A DNA stretch of 64,000 nt from Sphingomicrobium sp. (lineage in GTDB: Bacteria > Pseudomonadota > Alphaproteobacteria > Sphingomonadales > Sphingomonadaceae): positions 46,927 to 110,926 of the forward strand of contig JBDSGJ010000005.1 in the NCBI GenBank assembly GCA_039919075.1, given 5' to 3'. The translations under genes were made by a program, and so were the position numbers. Below the pieces are notes generated by a model that saw only the letters and a program-made list of their open reading frames with translations, made no database searches and had not been told where the DNA came from. Of this stretch, positions 44,387 to 54,427 are shown piece after piece. Within the stretch, counting starts at the first letter, position 1. Each line of letters begins with the position of its first letter.

Positions 44387-45991
44387 GTGACAGCAGAAAC
44401 GATCATCCCAATCATTGCCGGCATCTTCCTGCTGATCCTGCTGGCCGGGGGCGGGATGGTTGCGGCGTCGAAGGAGCCCGAGTTCCTGGGGCATCCCAAG
44501 GGCCTCTACATGCTGTTCTTCGCCGAGATGTGGGAGCGTTTCTCCTATTACGGCATGCGCGCGCTGCTGATCTTTTACCTGACCAAGCACTGGCTGTTCG
44601 ACGACGGCAAGTCGAACCTCATTTACGGCGCCTATGGCAGCCTGGTCTACATCACGCCCTTGCTCGGCGGCTATCTCGCCGACCGCTATCTGGGGCAGCG
44701 CAAGGCAGTGATGTTCGGCGCGGTGCTGCTGACCATCGGCCACTTCATGATGGCGTTCGAAGGAACCGGCGGACAGGCCGATCCGGTGATCAACATATTC
44801 TGGCTGGCCCTGTCGTTCATCATCGTCGGCTCGGGTTTCCTCAAGGCCAATATCTCGGTGATGGTCGGGCAGTTGTACCCGCTGACGGATGTCCGCCGCG
44901 ATGGCGCTTACACCATCTTCTACATGGGGGTGAATGTCGGTGCCGCGATCGGCACCATCTTCGCCGGCTATCTTGGCGAGACCTACGGCTGGAAATATGG
45001 GTTCGGCTCGGCCGGAGTGGGCATGCTCCTCGGCCTAATCGTGTTCGTGCTCGGCAAGAAGGCGCTCAATGGCGTCGGCGAGGCACCGGTCGAGCTGTCG
45101 AGCGGCAGGCAGGCAGCGATCTATGGCGGAGCGATCGCCTCGATCGGGGTGATCTGGGCGCTCATCCAGTATCAGTCGGTCATTCAGACGCTGCTGATCG
45201 TCGCTGGCGTCCTGCTGTTGCTCTACGTCCTCTACGAAGCGTTCAAGCTCGAGCCCCACGCCCGCGACCGGATTTTCGCGATCCTGTTCCTGATTGCACT
45301 CAACCCGATCTTTTGGGGTTTATTCGAACAGGGGGGCGGGTCGCTGAACCTCTACACCGATCGCTTCGTCGACCGCGCAGGGGTGCCCGCCTCGCTGTTC
45401 CAGTCGATCAATCCGATCTACATCATCCTGCTCGCGCCCTTCTTCGCCTGGCTGTGGCTCAAGCTCGGTCGCAAGGGGCTTGAGCCCTCCGCGCCCGCCA
45501 AGTTCGGCCTCGCCCTGCTCCAGGTCGGCGCGTCGTTCCTCGTCTTCGTCCTCGGCGCCAAATCGGTCGGGGCAGCGGCGATGACCCCGGTCCTGTTCGT
45601 GTTCGTCATTTACCTGCTGCAGACTACGGGCGAATTGTGCCTGTCGCCGGTTGGACTGTCGGCGATGAACCGGCTCGCGCCCAAGTTCATGGCGAGCCTG
45701 ATCATGGGCGCCTGGTTCTACATGACTGCAGTCGGCCAGTTCGTCGCGGGCAAGATCGGCGAGGCGACTGGCGGCGAGGGCGGCGTGATGTCCAAGGAAG
45801 GCACGCTGGCAATCTATAACAAGATCGGCTGGATCACCGTTGCCATCGGGGTCGGCGTCCTGCTCGTCTCGCCGCTGGTCAAGCGCTGGATGCACCTCGA
45901 CACGCTCAAGGATGACGATCTGGCCGGGCAGGCCGCACTCGCCGAGCCGCAAGCGGCGGGAGTGCATCCCGAACTTGAGACGAAGGGCTGA
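44387..45991 (+). CDS. Proton-dependent oligopeptide transporter (POT/PTR family)
   Basis: EMWERFSYYGMR, GSGFLKANIS, FYMGVNVGA, GELCLSPVG. Confidence 0.93.
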   Translation: MTAETIIPIIAGIFLLILLAGGGMVAASKEPEFLGHPKGLYMLFFAEMWERFSYYGMRALLIFYLTKHWLFDDGKSNLIYGAYGSLVYITPLLGGYLADRYLGQRKAVMFGAVLLTIGHFMMAFEGTGGQADPVINIFWLALSFIIVGSGFLKANISVMVGQLYPLTDVRRDGAYTIFYMGVNVGAAIGTIFAGYLGETYGWKYGFGSAGVGMLLGLIVFVLGKKALNGVGEAPVELSSGRQAAIYGGAIASIGVIWALIQYQSVIQTLLIVAGVLLLLYVLYEAFKLEPHARDRIFAILFLIALNPIFWGLFEQGGGSLNLYTDRFVDRAGVPASLFQSINPIYIILLAPFFAWLWLKLGRKGLEPSAPAKFGLALLQVGASFLVFVLGAKSVGAAAMTPVLFVFVIYLLQTTGELCLSPVGLSAMNRLAPKFMASLIMGAWFYMTAVGQFVAGKIGEATGGEGGVMSKEGTLAIYNKIGWITVAIGVGVLLVSPLVKRWMHLDTLKDDDLAGQAALAEPQAAGVHPELETKG

Positions 45992-46032
45992 CCCGGCTCG
46001 CTATCGACCCGAAGGGCCGCTAGGGCCGCGCG

Positions 46033-47373
46033 ATGGGACGCAAATTCTTCGGCACCGACGGTATCCGCGGGCTCACCAACACCGCGCCGATGACGGTCGA
46101 AATCGCGGTGAAGGTCGGCCAGGCGGCGGGCGCGCATTTCCTTCGCGGGGATCACCGCCACCGGGTGGTGATCGGCAAGGACACGCGGCTGTCGGGCTAT
46201 ATGATGGAATCGGCGCTGGTCGCGGGGTTCGCCAGCGTCGGCATGGACGTCGTGCTGCTCGGGCCGATGCCGACCCCGGCGGTGGCGATGCTGACAAGGT
46301 CGATGCGCGCCGATTTGGGCGTGATGATCTCGGCCAGCCACAACAAATTTGCCGACAATGGCATCAAGCTGTTCGGTCCCGATGGCTATAAATTGTCGGA
46401 CGAGGACGAGCTGGCGATCGAGGCGCGGCTCGGCGAAGTGCCCGTGCTGGTCGCGCCGGAGAAGATCGGGCGCGCCAAACGCATCGATGACGCGCGCGGT
46501 CGCTATGTCCATTTCGCCAAATCGACCTTCCCCGACCGTCTGCGGCTCGACGGGGTCAAGATCGTGCTCGATTGCGCCAATGGCGCGGCTTACTCGGTCG
46601 CGCCCGAGGCCTTGTGGGAGCTTGGCGCCAACGTCATCCCGCTCGGCGTTTCGCCCGACGGAATCAATATCAACGAAGGCTGCGGATCGACCGAGCCGAT
46701 GCTGCTGCGCGAGACGGTGGTCGCGTCGGGGGCCGACATCGGGCTCGCGCTCGACGGCGATGCCGACCGGCTGATCGTGGTCGACGAGAAGGGCAATCTC
46801 ATCGACGGCGACCAGCTGATGGCGTTGATCGGGATCGAACATCACCGCGAGCGACGGCTGATGGGCAATGCCGTGGTCGCGACGGTAATGTCGAACCTCG
46901 GGCTCGAGCGGCGGCTGGCCGAGGAAGGCATCGCGCTCGAGCGGACCCAGGTTGGCGACCGCTATGTGCTCGAGGCGATGCGCGCGCGCGGGCGCAATGT
47001 CGGCGGCGAGCAGTCGGGGCATATCATCCTGTCCGACCACTGCACCACCGGCGACGGGCTGGTCGCCGGGCTGCAAGTCCTCGCCGCGCTGATCGAGCGC
47101 GACAAGCCCGCGAGCGAGCTGCTCCACCTGTTCGAACCCGTCCCGCAACTGCTCAAGAACGTCCGCTATGCGAAAGGCCAGCCGCTCGAAGACGCCGCGG
47201 TGAAAGCTGCCATCGCCGACGCCGAAGCAAAGCTGACCGGCCGCGGCCGCCTCGTCATCCGCAAGTCCGGCACCGAACCCCTGATCCGCGTCATGGCCGA
47301 GGGCGATGATCTCGCCATGGTCGAAACGCTGGTCGACGGGATTTGCGACGCGGTGAGGGTGGCGGCGGCTTAG
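46033..47373 (+). CDS. glmM: Phosphoglucosamine mutase
   Basis: [34 protein letters not shown]. Confidence 0.97.
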   Translation: MGRKFFGTDGIRGLTNTAPMTVEIAVKVGQAAGAHFLRGDHRHRVVIGKDTRLSGYMMESALVAGFASVGMDVVLLGPMPTPAVAMLTRSMRADLGVMISASHNKFADNGIKLFGPDGYKLSDEDELAIEARLGEVPVLVAPEKIGRAKRIDDARGRYVHFAKSTFPDRLRLDGVKIVLDCANGAAYSVAPEALWELGANVIPLGVSPDGININEGCGSTEPMLLRETVVASGADIGLALDGDADRLIVVDEKGNLIDGDQLMALIGIEHHRERRLMGNAVVATVMSNLGLERRLAEEGIALERTQVGDRYVLEAMRARGRNVGGEQSGHIILSDHCTTGDGLVAGLQVLAALIERDKPASELLHLFEPVPQLLKNVRYAKGQPLEDAAVKAAIADAEAKLTGRGRLVIRKSGTEPLIRVMAEGDDLAMVETLVDGICDAVRVAAA

Positions 47374-47437
47374 GATTTTGCCGACGACCGCTGTCGACCC
47401 ACTTGCAGACGTTGAGCACTGAGCTAACTTGGCCAAC

Positions 47438-47941
47438 ATGGTGAACTTCGTCGCACACGACTCACGCTTTCGCTTGGCCCTCCTCTTTCTCACTTCTGTC
47501 GTTTTCGTCGTTGGAGGATTTTGGGCGGGAGGGGCATTCGGCGCGGCACCCAGTTCGCCCCGCTACCCGGACGCTGTGATCTTTAGCGTCGGCTGGTTCA
47601 GCGTAGTCTTTTTCGGCTTGGGTGGGGTCGTGGCCTTGAAGAGGTTCTTAAACCCACGTGAGCAGCTGGAGATTGGGTCTTATGGAGTTCGGTGGTTTCC
47701 GTGGTCTGCCCACGTCATTCCGTGGTCAGATATCACTGACGTGACCACTTGGCGGCATAAGCAACAGAAGGCGATCGTCCTCCATCTCCGCAATCCCCCC
47801 CGGTTTCAGGGAAGAAGGCTCGCCGCCGCGTTCGCCGGGGCAAATCGGACGCTGACGGGTGGCGACATTTTCATCTCTCTAACGGGCACCGATCGCACTT
47901 TCGAAGAAGCGGTGTCGGCGATTGCGCGCTTTAGAAGCTAG
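47438..47941 (+). CDS. Hypothetical membrane protein (STM3941-like)
   Basis: Two TM helices then a PH-like segment IPWSDI; lower-GC codon usage. Confidence 0.55.
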   Translation: MVNFVAHDSRFRLALLFLTSVVFVVGGFWAGGAFGAAPSSPRYPDAVIFSVGWFSVVFFGLGGVVALKRFLNPREQLEIGSYGVRWFPWSAHVIPWSDITDVTTWRHKQQKAIVLHLRNPPRFQGRRLAAAFAGANRTLTGGDIFISLTGTDRTFEEAVSAIARFRS

Positions 47942-48183
47942 ACGGCTTTCGAATATGGCACCGTCCGCTTTCCACCAAAAGCAGCCGGCTCTCCCCGATT
48001 TCCCTGTCCTACAGCACCCCGTTTGTGCGACAGATTCCCATCGCGAGTCATTCGCGTCTGCTCTTTCTTCCTTGCCGAAACCGCCCTGGGTGAAATCGCT
48101 CCACGAGTGCGAACATGTGTGAACATTCGCGGGCCCGCCAGCGCCCACTTTCGCTCCGCCGCGATCCCCCCTAGACCCGCCCC

Positions 48184-48408
48184 ATGCTCGCCATGTGCCC
48201 CGATTGTGAACGCTGCGGCGCCGACCTGCCTGCCTCGGCGGCAGGCGCGTTTATCTGTTCGTTCGAATGCACCTTCTGCGCCGAGTGTGCCGAGGCGCTT
48301 GACGATCGCTGTCCCAATTGCGGGGGTGAGCTGGTCGATCGTCCGGCGCGGTCGAAGGCTAATCTCGCCAAACATCCCGCCTCGACGGAGCGGAAATTCG
48401 CCTCGTGA
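48184..48408 (+). CDS. DUF1272 family protein
   Basis: CERC...ICSFECTFCAECAE...CPNCGGELV.RP. Confidence 0.85.
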   Translation: MLAMCPDCERCGADLPASAAGAFICSFECTFCAECAEALDDRCPNCGGELVDRPARSKANLAKHPASTERKFAS

Positions 48409-49580
48409 GGACGCCGCGCATTCTCGTCATAGCTGGCTCGGACTCCGGTGGGGGCGCGGGGATCCAGGCGGATATCAAGACGATCACCATGCTCGGCGGG
48501 CATGCGATGACCGCGATCACCGCCATCACCGCGCAGAACACGCTCGGCGTGAGCGCGGTTCATCCGGTGCCGACCGAAATTGTGCTGGCGCAGATCGACG
48601 CGGTGGTCGGCGACATCGGGGTCGACGCGATCAAGGTCGGGATGATCGGCAGCGCCTTTACCGCGACACAGGTGGCGCTTCGGCTGGCGAGTATCGACGT
48701 ACCGATCGTGTTCGATCCGGTGATGATCGCGACCAGCGGGGCGGCGCTGGCCGACGAGGCGACGATCGCGGCGTTCGGGCTGCTGATGGACGTCGCGACG
48801 CTTACCACCCCCAATCTGCCGGAACTCGCGCGATTGACCGGCAACGAGGACCCAATCGCAGCCGGGCTGGCGCTGGTCGGGCGCCATGGCGGCGCGGTGC
48901 TGGTCAAGGGCGGGCACGAGAAAGGCGACGCGCTCGCCGACGCGCTGATCGAGGAGGATAACCTCACCAGCTGGCAGGGTCAGCGGATCGACACGAGCAG
49001 CACCCACGGCACCGGCTGCACGCTGGCCAGCGCGATCGCCTTTCACCTCGGCTGCGGCGAGAGCCTCGCCCGCTCGGTCGAGCGCGCGCGGCATTTCGTG
49101 CGGATGGCGCTGCTCGAGGCGCCGGGATTGGGAGCCGGGCATGGGCCGCTTGGGCAACAGTCGGTGCGGCTCGATGCTGGACCAGAAGCGGGCAACGCGC
49201 TGCGGCTCAATCAGGTGACCGTGACGGGCAGGGATTATGCCGCGATGGTCGCCTTCTATCGCGCGCTGGGGCTCAGGCAGATCGTCGATGCGCCCGACAA
49301 CAATTACGCCCGGTTCGAAAGCGCGGGCGGGGCGACCTTTTCGGTCCAGATCGATCCAGAGGAAGTCATCTCTGAATCGACCGCAGTCTATTTCGAGTGC
49401 GACGACCTCGACCAGCGCGTCGAGCGGCTGGCCCGCGCGGGGATCGCCTTCGAACATGGCCCGCGCGACCAGCCATGGATGTGGCGCGAGGCAAGGTTGC
49501 GCGACCCGGCAGGGAATATCGTCTTTCTCTACAAGGGCGGCGAGGCGCGCCGCTTTCCGCCGTGGCGAATGGCCGAGTGA
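48405..49580 (+). CDS. thiD: HMP/HMP-P kinase ThiD fused to a VOC/glyoxalase domain
   Basis: AGSDSGGGAGIQADIKT, TPNLPE, THGTGCTLAS; C-terminal NQVTV...YFECDDLD...WREARLRDPAGN. Confidence 0.88.
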   Translation: MRTPRILVIAGSDSGGGAGIQADIKTITMLGGHAMTAITAITAQNTLGVSAVHPVPTEIVLAQIDAVVGDIGVDAIKVGMIGSAFTATQVALRLASIDVPIVFDPVMIATSGAALADEATIAAFGLLMDVATLTTPNLPELARLTGNEDPIAAGLALVGRHGGAVLVKGGHEKGDALADALIEEDNLTSWQGQRIDTSSTHGTGCTLASAIAFHLGCGESLARSVERARHFVRMALLEAPGLGAGHGPLGQQSVRLDAGPEAGNALRLNQVTVTGRDYAAMVAFYRALGLRQIVDAPDNNYARFESAGGATFSVQIDPEEVISESTAVYFECDDLDQRVERLARAGIAFEHGPRDQPWMWREARLRDPAGNIVFLYKGGEARRFPPWRMAE

Positions 49581-49602
49581 AGGCCAGCCGCAGCACATCC
49601 AT

Positions 49603-49682
49603 CATCCCGGGCCCGACCCGGGACCTACCTATCTTTCTTGGCCTGGTGCAAGATAAAGGTAGGCCCCGGATCAAGTCCGGGG
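49603..49682. repeat. REP-like composite palindrome (casposon target, left part)
   Basis: Hairpins TCCCGGG-ccga-type/CCCGGGA, CCTACCT...AGGTAGG and CCCCGGA-TCAAG-TCCGGGG; continues as CCGGATCAAGTCCGGGGTGACG at 63486. Confidence 0.75.
49666..49680 (+). repeat. Left target-site duplication CCGGATCAAGTCCGG
   Basis: Identical to 63486-63500. Confidence 0.9.
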
Positions 49683-49722
49683 GGTATAGTGATATGACGA
49701 AATCGATGGGTAGGTGACCACA
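49681..49722 (+). repeat. Left terminal inverted repeat
   Basis: GGGGTATAGTGATA-N19-GTGACCACA. Confidence 0.9.
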
Positions 49723-49937
49723 GTCCGCATTGGCTGTGCGGCGTTTTGTTATCAGCGCGGTAGCTCTGTAAGCGGCCCGTCGGCTCGCCTCACCTCGTCG
49801 GCGTGACCGTGACGGAAACAGCACCAATTCTTCAATGGATAGTTTTGTTGTTAATTATTGGCACTCCAGCTTCCTTTCCGCTCGCAGACCTGCTTAACAT
49901 TGTTGCGCTGCACGTGTTTTTTGGAAGGACGCCTAAA

Positions 49938-50162
49938 ATGAGGCTACTGCGATCGCTAGCCTTCGCGACGGTCGTTTGTAGTGCGTCTTCGGCGCTTGCT
50001 ACGGAAACGATTGCATATACTTATGATGCACGAGGCCGGGTGATAAAGGTCGTTCGGACGGGTACGATAAATAACAACCTCACCTACGATTACACCTTCG
50101 ACAAACCCGACAATCGGACCCGGGTTAAGGTGACTAATTCGCCAAATCCTCCGCCGCCATAA
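49938..50162 (+). CDS. Small secreted single-YD-repeat protein
   Basis: Signal peptide MRLLRSLAFATVVCSASSALA, then ETIAYTYDARGRVIKV...YTFDKPDNRT. Confidence 0.7.
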   Translation: MRLLRSLAFATVVCSASSALATETIAYTYDARGRVIKVVRTGTINNNLTYDYTFDKPDNRTRVKVTNSPNPPPP

Positions 50163-50203
50163 TCACTAACTGTTTTTTTTCGGCTGTGTGGGGGGGGCGA
50201 GTG

Positions 50204-53200
50204 ATGTTGGAATTTCGTCGGGTCAGCTTATTGCCCGCAAAGCGGCTTTTTTCGCTTGCCGCGCTTCTCTCGATTGCCCTCGCCGCCCCGAGCCATGGGC
50301 AAAGCGCGGGACCCGTAGCCAGCCCGCCTACTCGGCTAAACATCGATCAAAATGGTGTCGATGTTGTGTCGGGCACATTCGATATCCAACAAACCGATGT
50401 GGCCATCGGTCCACCCACGGGCGGCCTTCAGTACGTTCGAACGTCACGCGGTAGCGGCTGGCTAAACCCGTATTTCGGGACAATTAAAGTTTCAGGGTCG
50501 CAACGGATTGTCAGTATCGGCGGGCAGTCAACCACCTTCACGCTGACCGGTTCGGTCTACGTTTCGGATCAGGGCACCGGTGCCACGCTGGCCTACAACT
50601 CCTCAACACTCATTTATACATATACAACGCCTAATGGCGTTGTGGCGACCTTCGAGCCATTGATAAACACGAAAGTCCAATACACCGCTTACGCCGCGAC
50701 GTTAACAAAGCTCAAGTATCCGTCGGGTCTTGAACTCACAATGACCTACCGATTCCAAAATAACTGTGTTCGGGTCGGTAGTATTTGTGACGGTGGGGCT
50801 ACCAAGCGCGTTGCGCGTCTTCAATCGGCTAACTCGAATACGGGCTACCAACTAAAATTCGAATATGCCTACAATCCCAGTGATACACCGCCGTTCGATG
50901 TCGATCTCCTTGATAGCTGGTACCAACTCACCAGCGTCACGGGCCTCAATAACGCAGTCGAATATTGCGCGCCCTCCAGCAGTGTTTGCACCTACGTCAA
51001 TAGCTGGCCCAAGGCGCAGTACACAACTGACGGGCTGCAGGTTACGGACCCGCTCAATCGAGTGACCAAATACACTAAGGTAGCCAGTCGAATCACCGCC
51101 GTTCGGCGACCGTCGAGTGCCACAGATAACCTCACGCTGAGCTACGATGCGAATGCGCGGGTCGCCACTTTTTCAGACGGCGCTGGGGGTTGGACGTACG
51201 GCTACTCCGATGTGGGCAACGTCCGCACCACGACCGTCACGGATCCCGCCGGACATAACCGCATTATCGTTTCCGATCTTACATTGCTTCGTCCTACCGC
51301 AATCACGGACGAACTGGGTCGCACTACCAACTATCAATATGATGCGAATGGCCGTGTCACACGCGTCACACTTCCAGAGGGTAATTATACCAGTTTCACT
51401 TACGACGCGCGTGGGAACGAGACCCAGGCGACTTCGGTTGCGAAGGCGGGTTCGGGCTTGACTGATATAGTCGCCACCGCCAGCTATCCAGCAACGTGCA
51501 CGAATGTTGTCACATGTAACCAGCCGTCGTCGGCAACGGATGCTCGAGGAAACACCACCGACTATGTTTACGACCCGACTCATGGCGGTGTGACGAGCGT
51601 AACGTTACCTGCCCCGTCAGTTGGTGCGGTACGGCCGCAAACCCGATTCAGCTACACGCCTCTCTACGCTTGGTACAAGAACAGTGCAGGCACGATCGTC
51701 CAGGCGACATCGTCAGTTTACGAGCCTACCTCGACGTCGTCTTGCCAGTCGCTTGCTAGCTGCGCGGGCGGGTCCGATGAGGTCAAGCGAACGTTGACCT
51801 ACGGCACGTCGGGAGTCGCGAACAATCTTCTTCCGACAACATCATCGTCAGGGTCAGGGGATGGCCTACTAACTTCGACGACCACAAGTGTGTGGGATAT
51901 GTATGGTAACCCCTTCACGGTAGACGGGCCACTTGCCGGAACGGCAGACACGACGCGATTTCGGTATGACCTCGCACGTCAATTGACTGGAGTCGTCGGG
52001 CCGGATCCCGACGGCGCGGGCTCACTCAAAAATCGTGCAATGAGAAATACCTACAATCTCGATGGCCAGACGACATTAGTGGAGCGCGGCACTGTCAACA
52101 GTCAAAGCGATCCTGACTGGACGGCCTTCGCGACCTTGCAACAGGTTGCCACCAGCTACGACGCTCAGGGGCGGCGGGTAAAGGAAAGCGCGACCGCTGG
52201 CGGGACGACCTATGCGGTCACGCAATACAGCTACGACAGTATGAGTCGCGCCGATTGCACAGCAGTACGGATGAACAGCGCGGTGTTCGGTTCGCTGCCA
52301 GCCTCGGCCTGCACCGCTGGAACGCCGGGAAGCTTTGGAGCGGATCGAATCAGCAAGATGACTTACGATTGGGCGAGCGAACCTACGATATTGCAGTCCG
52401 CGCTTGGCACTGTCGACCAGGCCAATGACGTGACGCTGACTTACAGCAACAATGGCAAGAAAGCCACTTTGACGGACGCAAACGGAAATCTCACAACCAA
52501 TGAATATGACGGCTTCGATCTGCTGCTGAAAACGCGCTTTCCCTCGCCCACCGTGCCCGGAACGAGTTCGACGACGGACTATGAGCAGGCAACTTATGAT
52601 CCGGCGGCAAACGTAACGCAGAGACGTCTGCGTGACGGGCAGCTGATTGGCCTTACTTACGACGCACTCAATCGCGTCACAGCCAAGGATTTGCCGGGAG
52701 CCGAACCCGACGTCGCCTACACGTATGACAATCTGGGGCGCTTGTTGACTGCATCCCAGACTGGCCAGACGCTAACCTACTCATACGACGCACTTAGCCG
52801 CACCTTGTTGCAAGGTGGGCCGCTCGGGACAATGGCAACGCAATGGGACCTGGCCGGGCGGCGCACGCGGCTGACCTATCCGGACGCCTTCTACGTCACC
52901 TACGACAATCTTGTCACCGGTGAGGTGACAGCCATCCGCGAAAATGGAGCGGTCTCGGGCATCGGTGTACTGGGGGCGTACGCGTACGACAATCTGGGGC
53001 AGCGCTTGTCGCTTGTCAGAGGGAACGGAACTGCCAGCACTTATGGCGATGACTCAGTATCGCGCTTGATCTCGCTAGCGCATGACCTGTCGGGGACGAA
53101 CAATGACCTTACGGTGGGCCTAACCTACTCACCTGCAGCGCAGATTGCGACACGGACAGCGAGCAACGATCTTTATGCGTGGGGCGGGCATTATAATCGC

Positions 53201-54409
53201 GACATCATCGAAACGCCCAATGGATTGAACCAGTTGACTGTTCAGGGAGCAACATCACTGACCTATGACGGTCGCGGCAACACGTCGGCGGTGGGCGCTG
53301 CGAGCTATGGTTATTCGTCGGAGAATCTCCTGACTTCCGGTCCCGCCGGAGTGACTCTCAACTACGATCCGGCGCAGCGGTTGTATCAGACGGTGGGCGC
53401 CTCGACGACGCGGTTCGGCTATGATGGCGTGGAGATGATCGGGGAATATGATGGCAGTGCCGCGCTGCAGCGGCGCTATGTGCGCGGGCCGGGCAGCGAC
53501 GAGGTCCTTGTATGGTACGAAGGCAGTGGCACGGTCGATCGGCGCTGGGTCTATCAGGACGAGCGCGGCTCGACGATCGCCATCGCCAATGCCAGTGGTG
53601 CGCTCACCAATGTGTTGAGCTACGATGAATATGGCTCCCCGGCGACGGCTAATGTCGGGCGGTTTCAGTATAGCGGACAAATGTGGTTGCCCGAGCTTGG
53701 AATGGCCTATTACAAGGCGCGCATCTACGCGCCCGGTCTCGGGCGATTCATGCAGACCGACCCGATCGGCTATGCTGCTGGGATGAATCTCTACGCCTAT
53801 GTCGGGGGCGACCCCGTCAACTTCGGAGACCCTGACGGATTGTGCAGCAACAAGATCGCCGAGACCACCGACCCGAAGTGCCTTGCGCAAGACGGCAATG
53901 GAGGAATCTGGGATCGCGGGGAGTGGCGTCCGGATATACCTGTGGTGGGCAAGCCCTTCCAGCCTGGCTTTAGCGCGGGGACGACGTTTGGATCGGCGGT
54001 CGGCTATCAAATTCCTAGCGGCAACGGGAACGCAGGGACCGGCGTCGAAATGGCTTGCGTTGGACCGCTAAGAGCGCTTGCTGGAGCGTGTGCTCGCGCC
54101 TTGAACGACGTATTGAAGAGAGTTCTTCCTGAGGTAAAAGTGCCCACGCTGCCACCCGGTGTGACGCCCCGGCAATTCGGTGACGCGGCAGGCTTCGGCC
54201 GGTCACTAAAGGACCTACCCCTGCGGAGTGCAGACGACGTAGCAAACTCTGCAAACAGACTTCAGTCGATGGGTTTTACATCCAACGACGTCGCAGCGTG
54301 GCGGAATTTCTACCAGGATCAGTCATGGCGGGTGCCACAGAATCTCAGTGCGGCACATAGAGCCGGCCTTCTGGACAGAATATGGTGGAACATGAAGCTC
54401 CCATTTTGA
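50204..54409 (+). CDS. RHS/YD-repeat polymorphic toxin with signal peptide
   Basis: Many YD repeats (YDANGRVT, YDALNRVT, YDNLGRLL); core end GRFMQTDPIGY...NLYAYVGGDPVNFGDPDG followed by a variable C-terminal domain of about 190 aa. Confidence 0.92.
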   Translation: MLEFRRVSLLPAKRLFSLAALLSIALAAPSHGQSAGPVASPPTRLNIDQNGVDVVSGTFDIQQTDVAIGPPTGGLQYVRTSRGSGWLNPYFGTIKVSGSQRIVSIGGQSTTFTLTGSVYVSDQGTGATLAYNSSTLIYTYTTPNGVVATFEPLINTKVQYTAYAATLTKLKYPSGLELTMTYRFQNNCVRVGSICDGGATKRVARLQSANSNTGYQLKFEYAYNPSDTPPFDVDLLDSWYQLTSVTGLNNAVEYCAPSSSVCTYVNSWPKAQYTTDGLQVTDPLNRVTKYTKVASRITAVRRPSSATDNLTLSYDANARVATFSDGAGGWTYGYSDVGNVRTTTVTDPAGHNRIIVSDLTLLRPTAITDELGRTTNYQYDANGRVTRVTLPEGNYTSFTYDARGNETQATSVAKAGSGLTDIVATASYPATCTNVVTCNQPSSATDARGNTTDYVYDPTHGGVTSVTLPAPSVGAVRPQTRFSYTPLYAWYKNSAGTIVQATSSVYEPTSTSSCQSLASCAGGSDEVKRTLTYGTSGVANNLLPTTSSSGSGDGLLTSTTTSVWDMYGNPFTVDGPLAGTADTTRFRYDLARQLTGVVGPDPDGAGSLKNRAMRNTYNLDGQTTLVERGTVNSQSDPDWTAFATLQQVATSYDAQGRRVKESATAGGTTYAVTQYSYDSMSRADCTAVRMNSAVFGSLPASACTAGTPGSFGADRISKMTYDWASEPTILQSALGTVDQANDVTLTYSNNGKKATLTDANGNLTTNEYDGFDLLLKTRFPSPTVPGTSSTTDYEQATYDPAANVTQRRLRDGQLIGLTYDALNRVTAKDLPGAEPDVAYTYDNLGRLLTASQTGQTLTYSYDALSRTLLQGGPLGTMATQWDLAGRRTRLTYPDAFYVTYDNLVTGEVTAIRENGAVSGIGVLGAYAYDNLGQRLSLVRGNGTASTYGDDSVSRLISLAHDLSGTNNDLTVGLTYSPAAQIATRTASNDLYAWGGHYNRDIIETPNGLNQLTVQGATSLTYDGRGNTSAVGAASYGYSSENLLTSGPAGVTLNYDPAQRLYQTVGASTTRFGYDGVEMIGEYDGSAALQRRYVRGPGSDEVLVWYEGSGTVDRRWVYQDERGSTIAIANASGALTNVLSYDEYGSPATANVGRFQYSGQMWLPELGMAYYKARIYAPGLGRFMQTDPIGYAAGMNLYAYVGGDPVNFGDPDGLCSNKIAETTDPKCLAQDGNGGIWDRGEWRPDIPVVGKPFQPGFSAGTTFGSAVGYQIPSGNGNAGTGVEMACVGPLRALAGACARALNDVLKRVLPEVKVPTLPPGVTPRQFGDAAGFGRSLKDLPLRSADDVANSANRLQSMGFTSNDVAAWRNFYQDQSWRVPQNLSAAHRAGLLDRIWWNMKLPF

Positions 54410-54427
54410 GGCGAGGGAGATAGATCA

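Noticed and set aside
48109-48124. GAAC-N6-GAAC as a LexA box
   Set aside because: The spacer is 6 nt rather than the required 7
47942-48183. Possible small gene or ncRNA between the membrane protein and DUF1272
   Set aside because: No convincing RBS, protein motif or RNA fold that I can support
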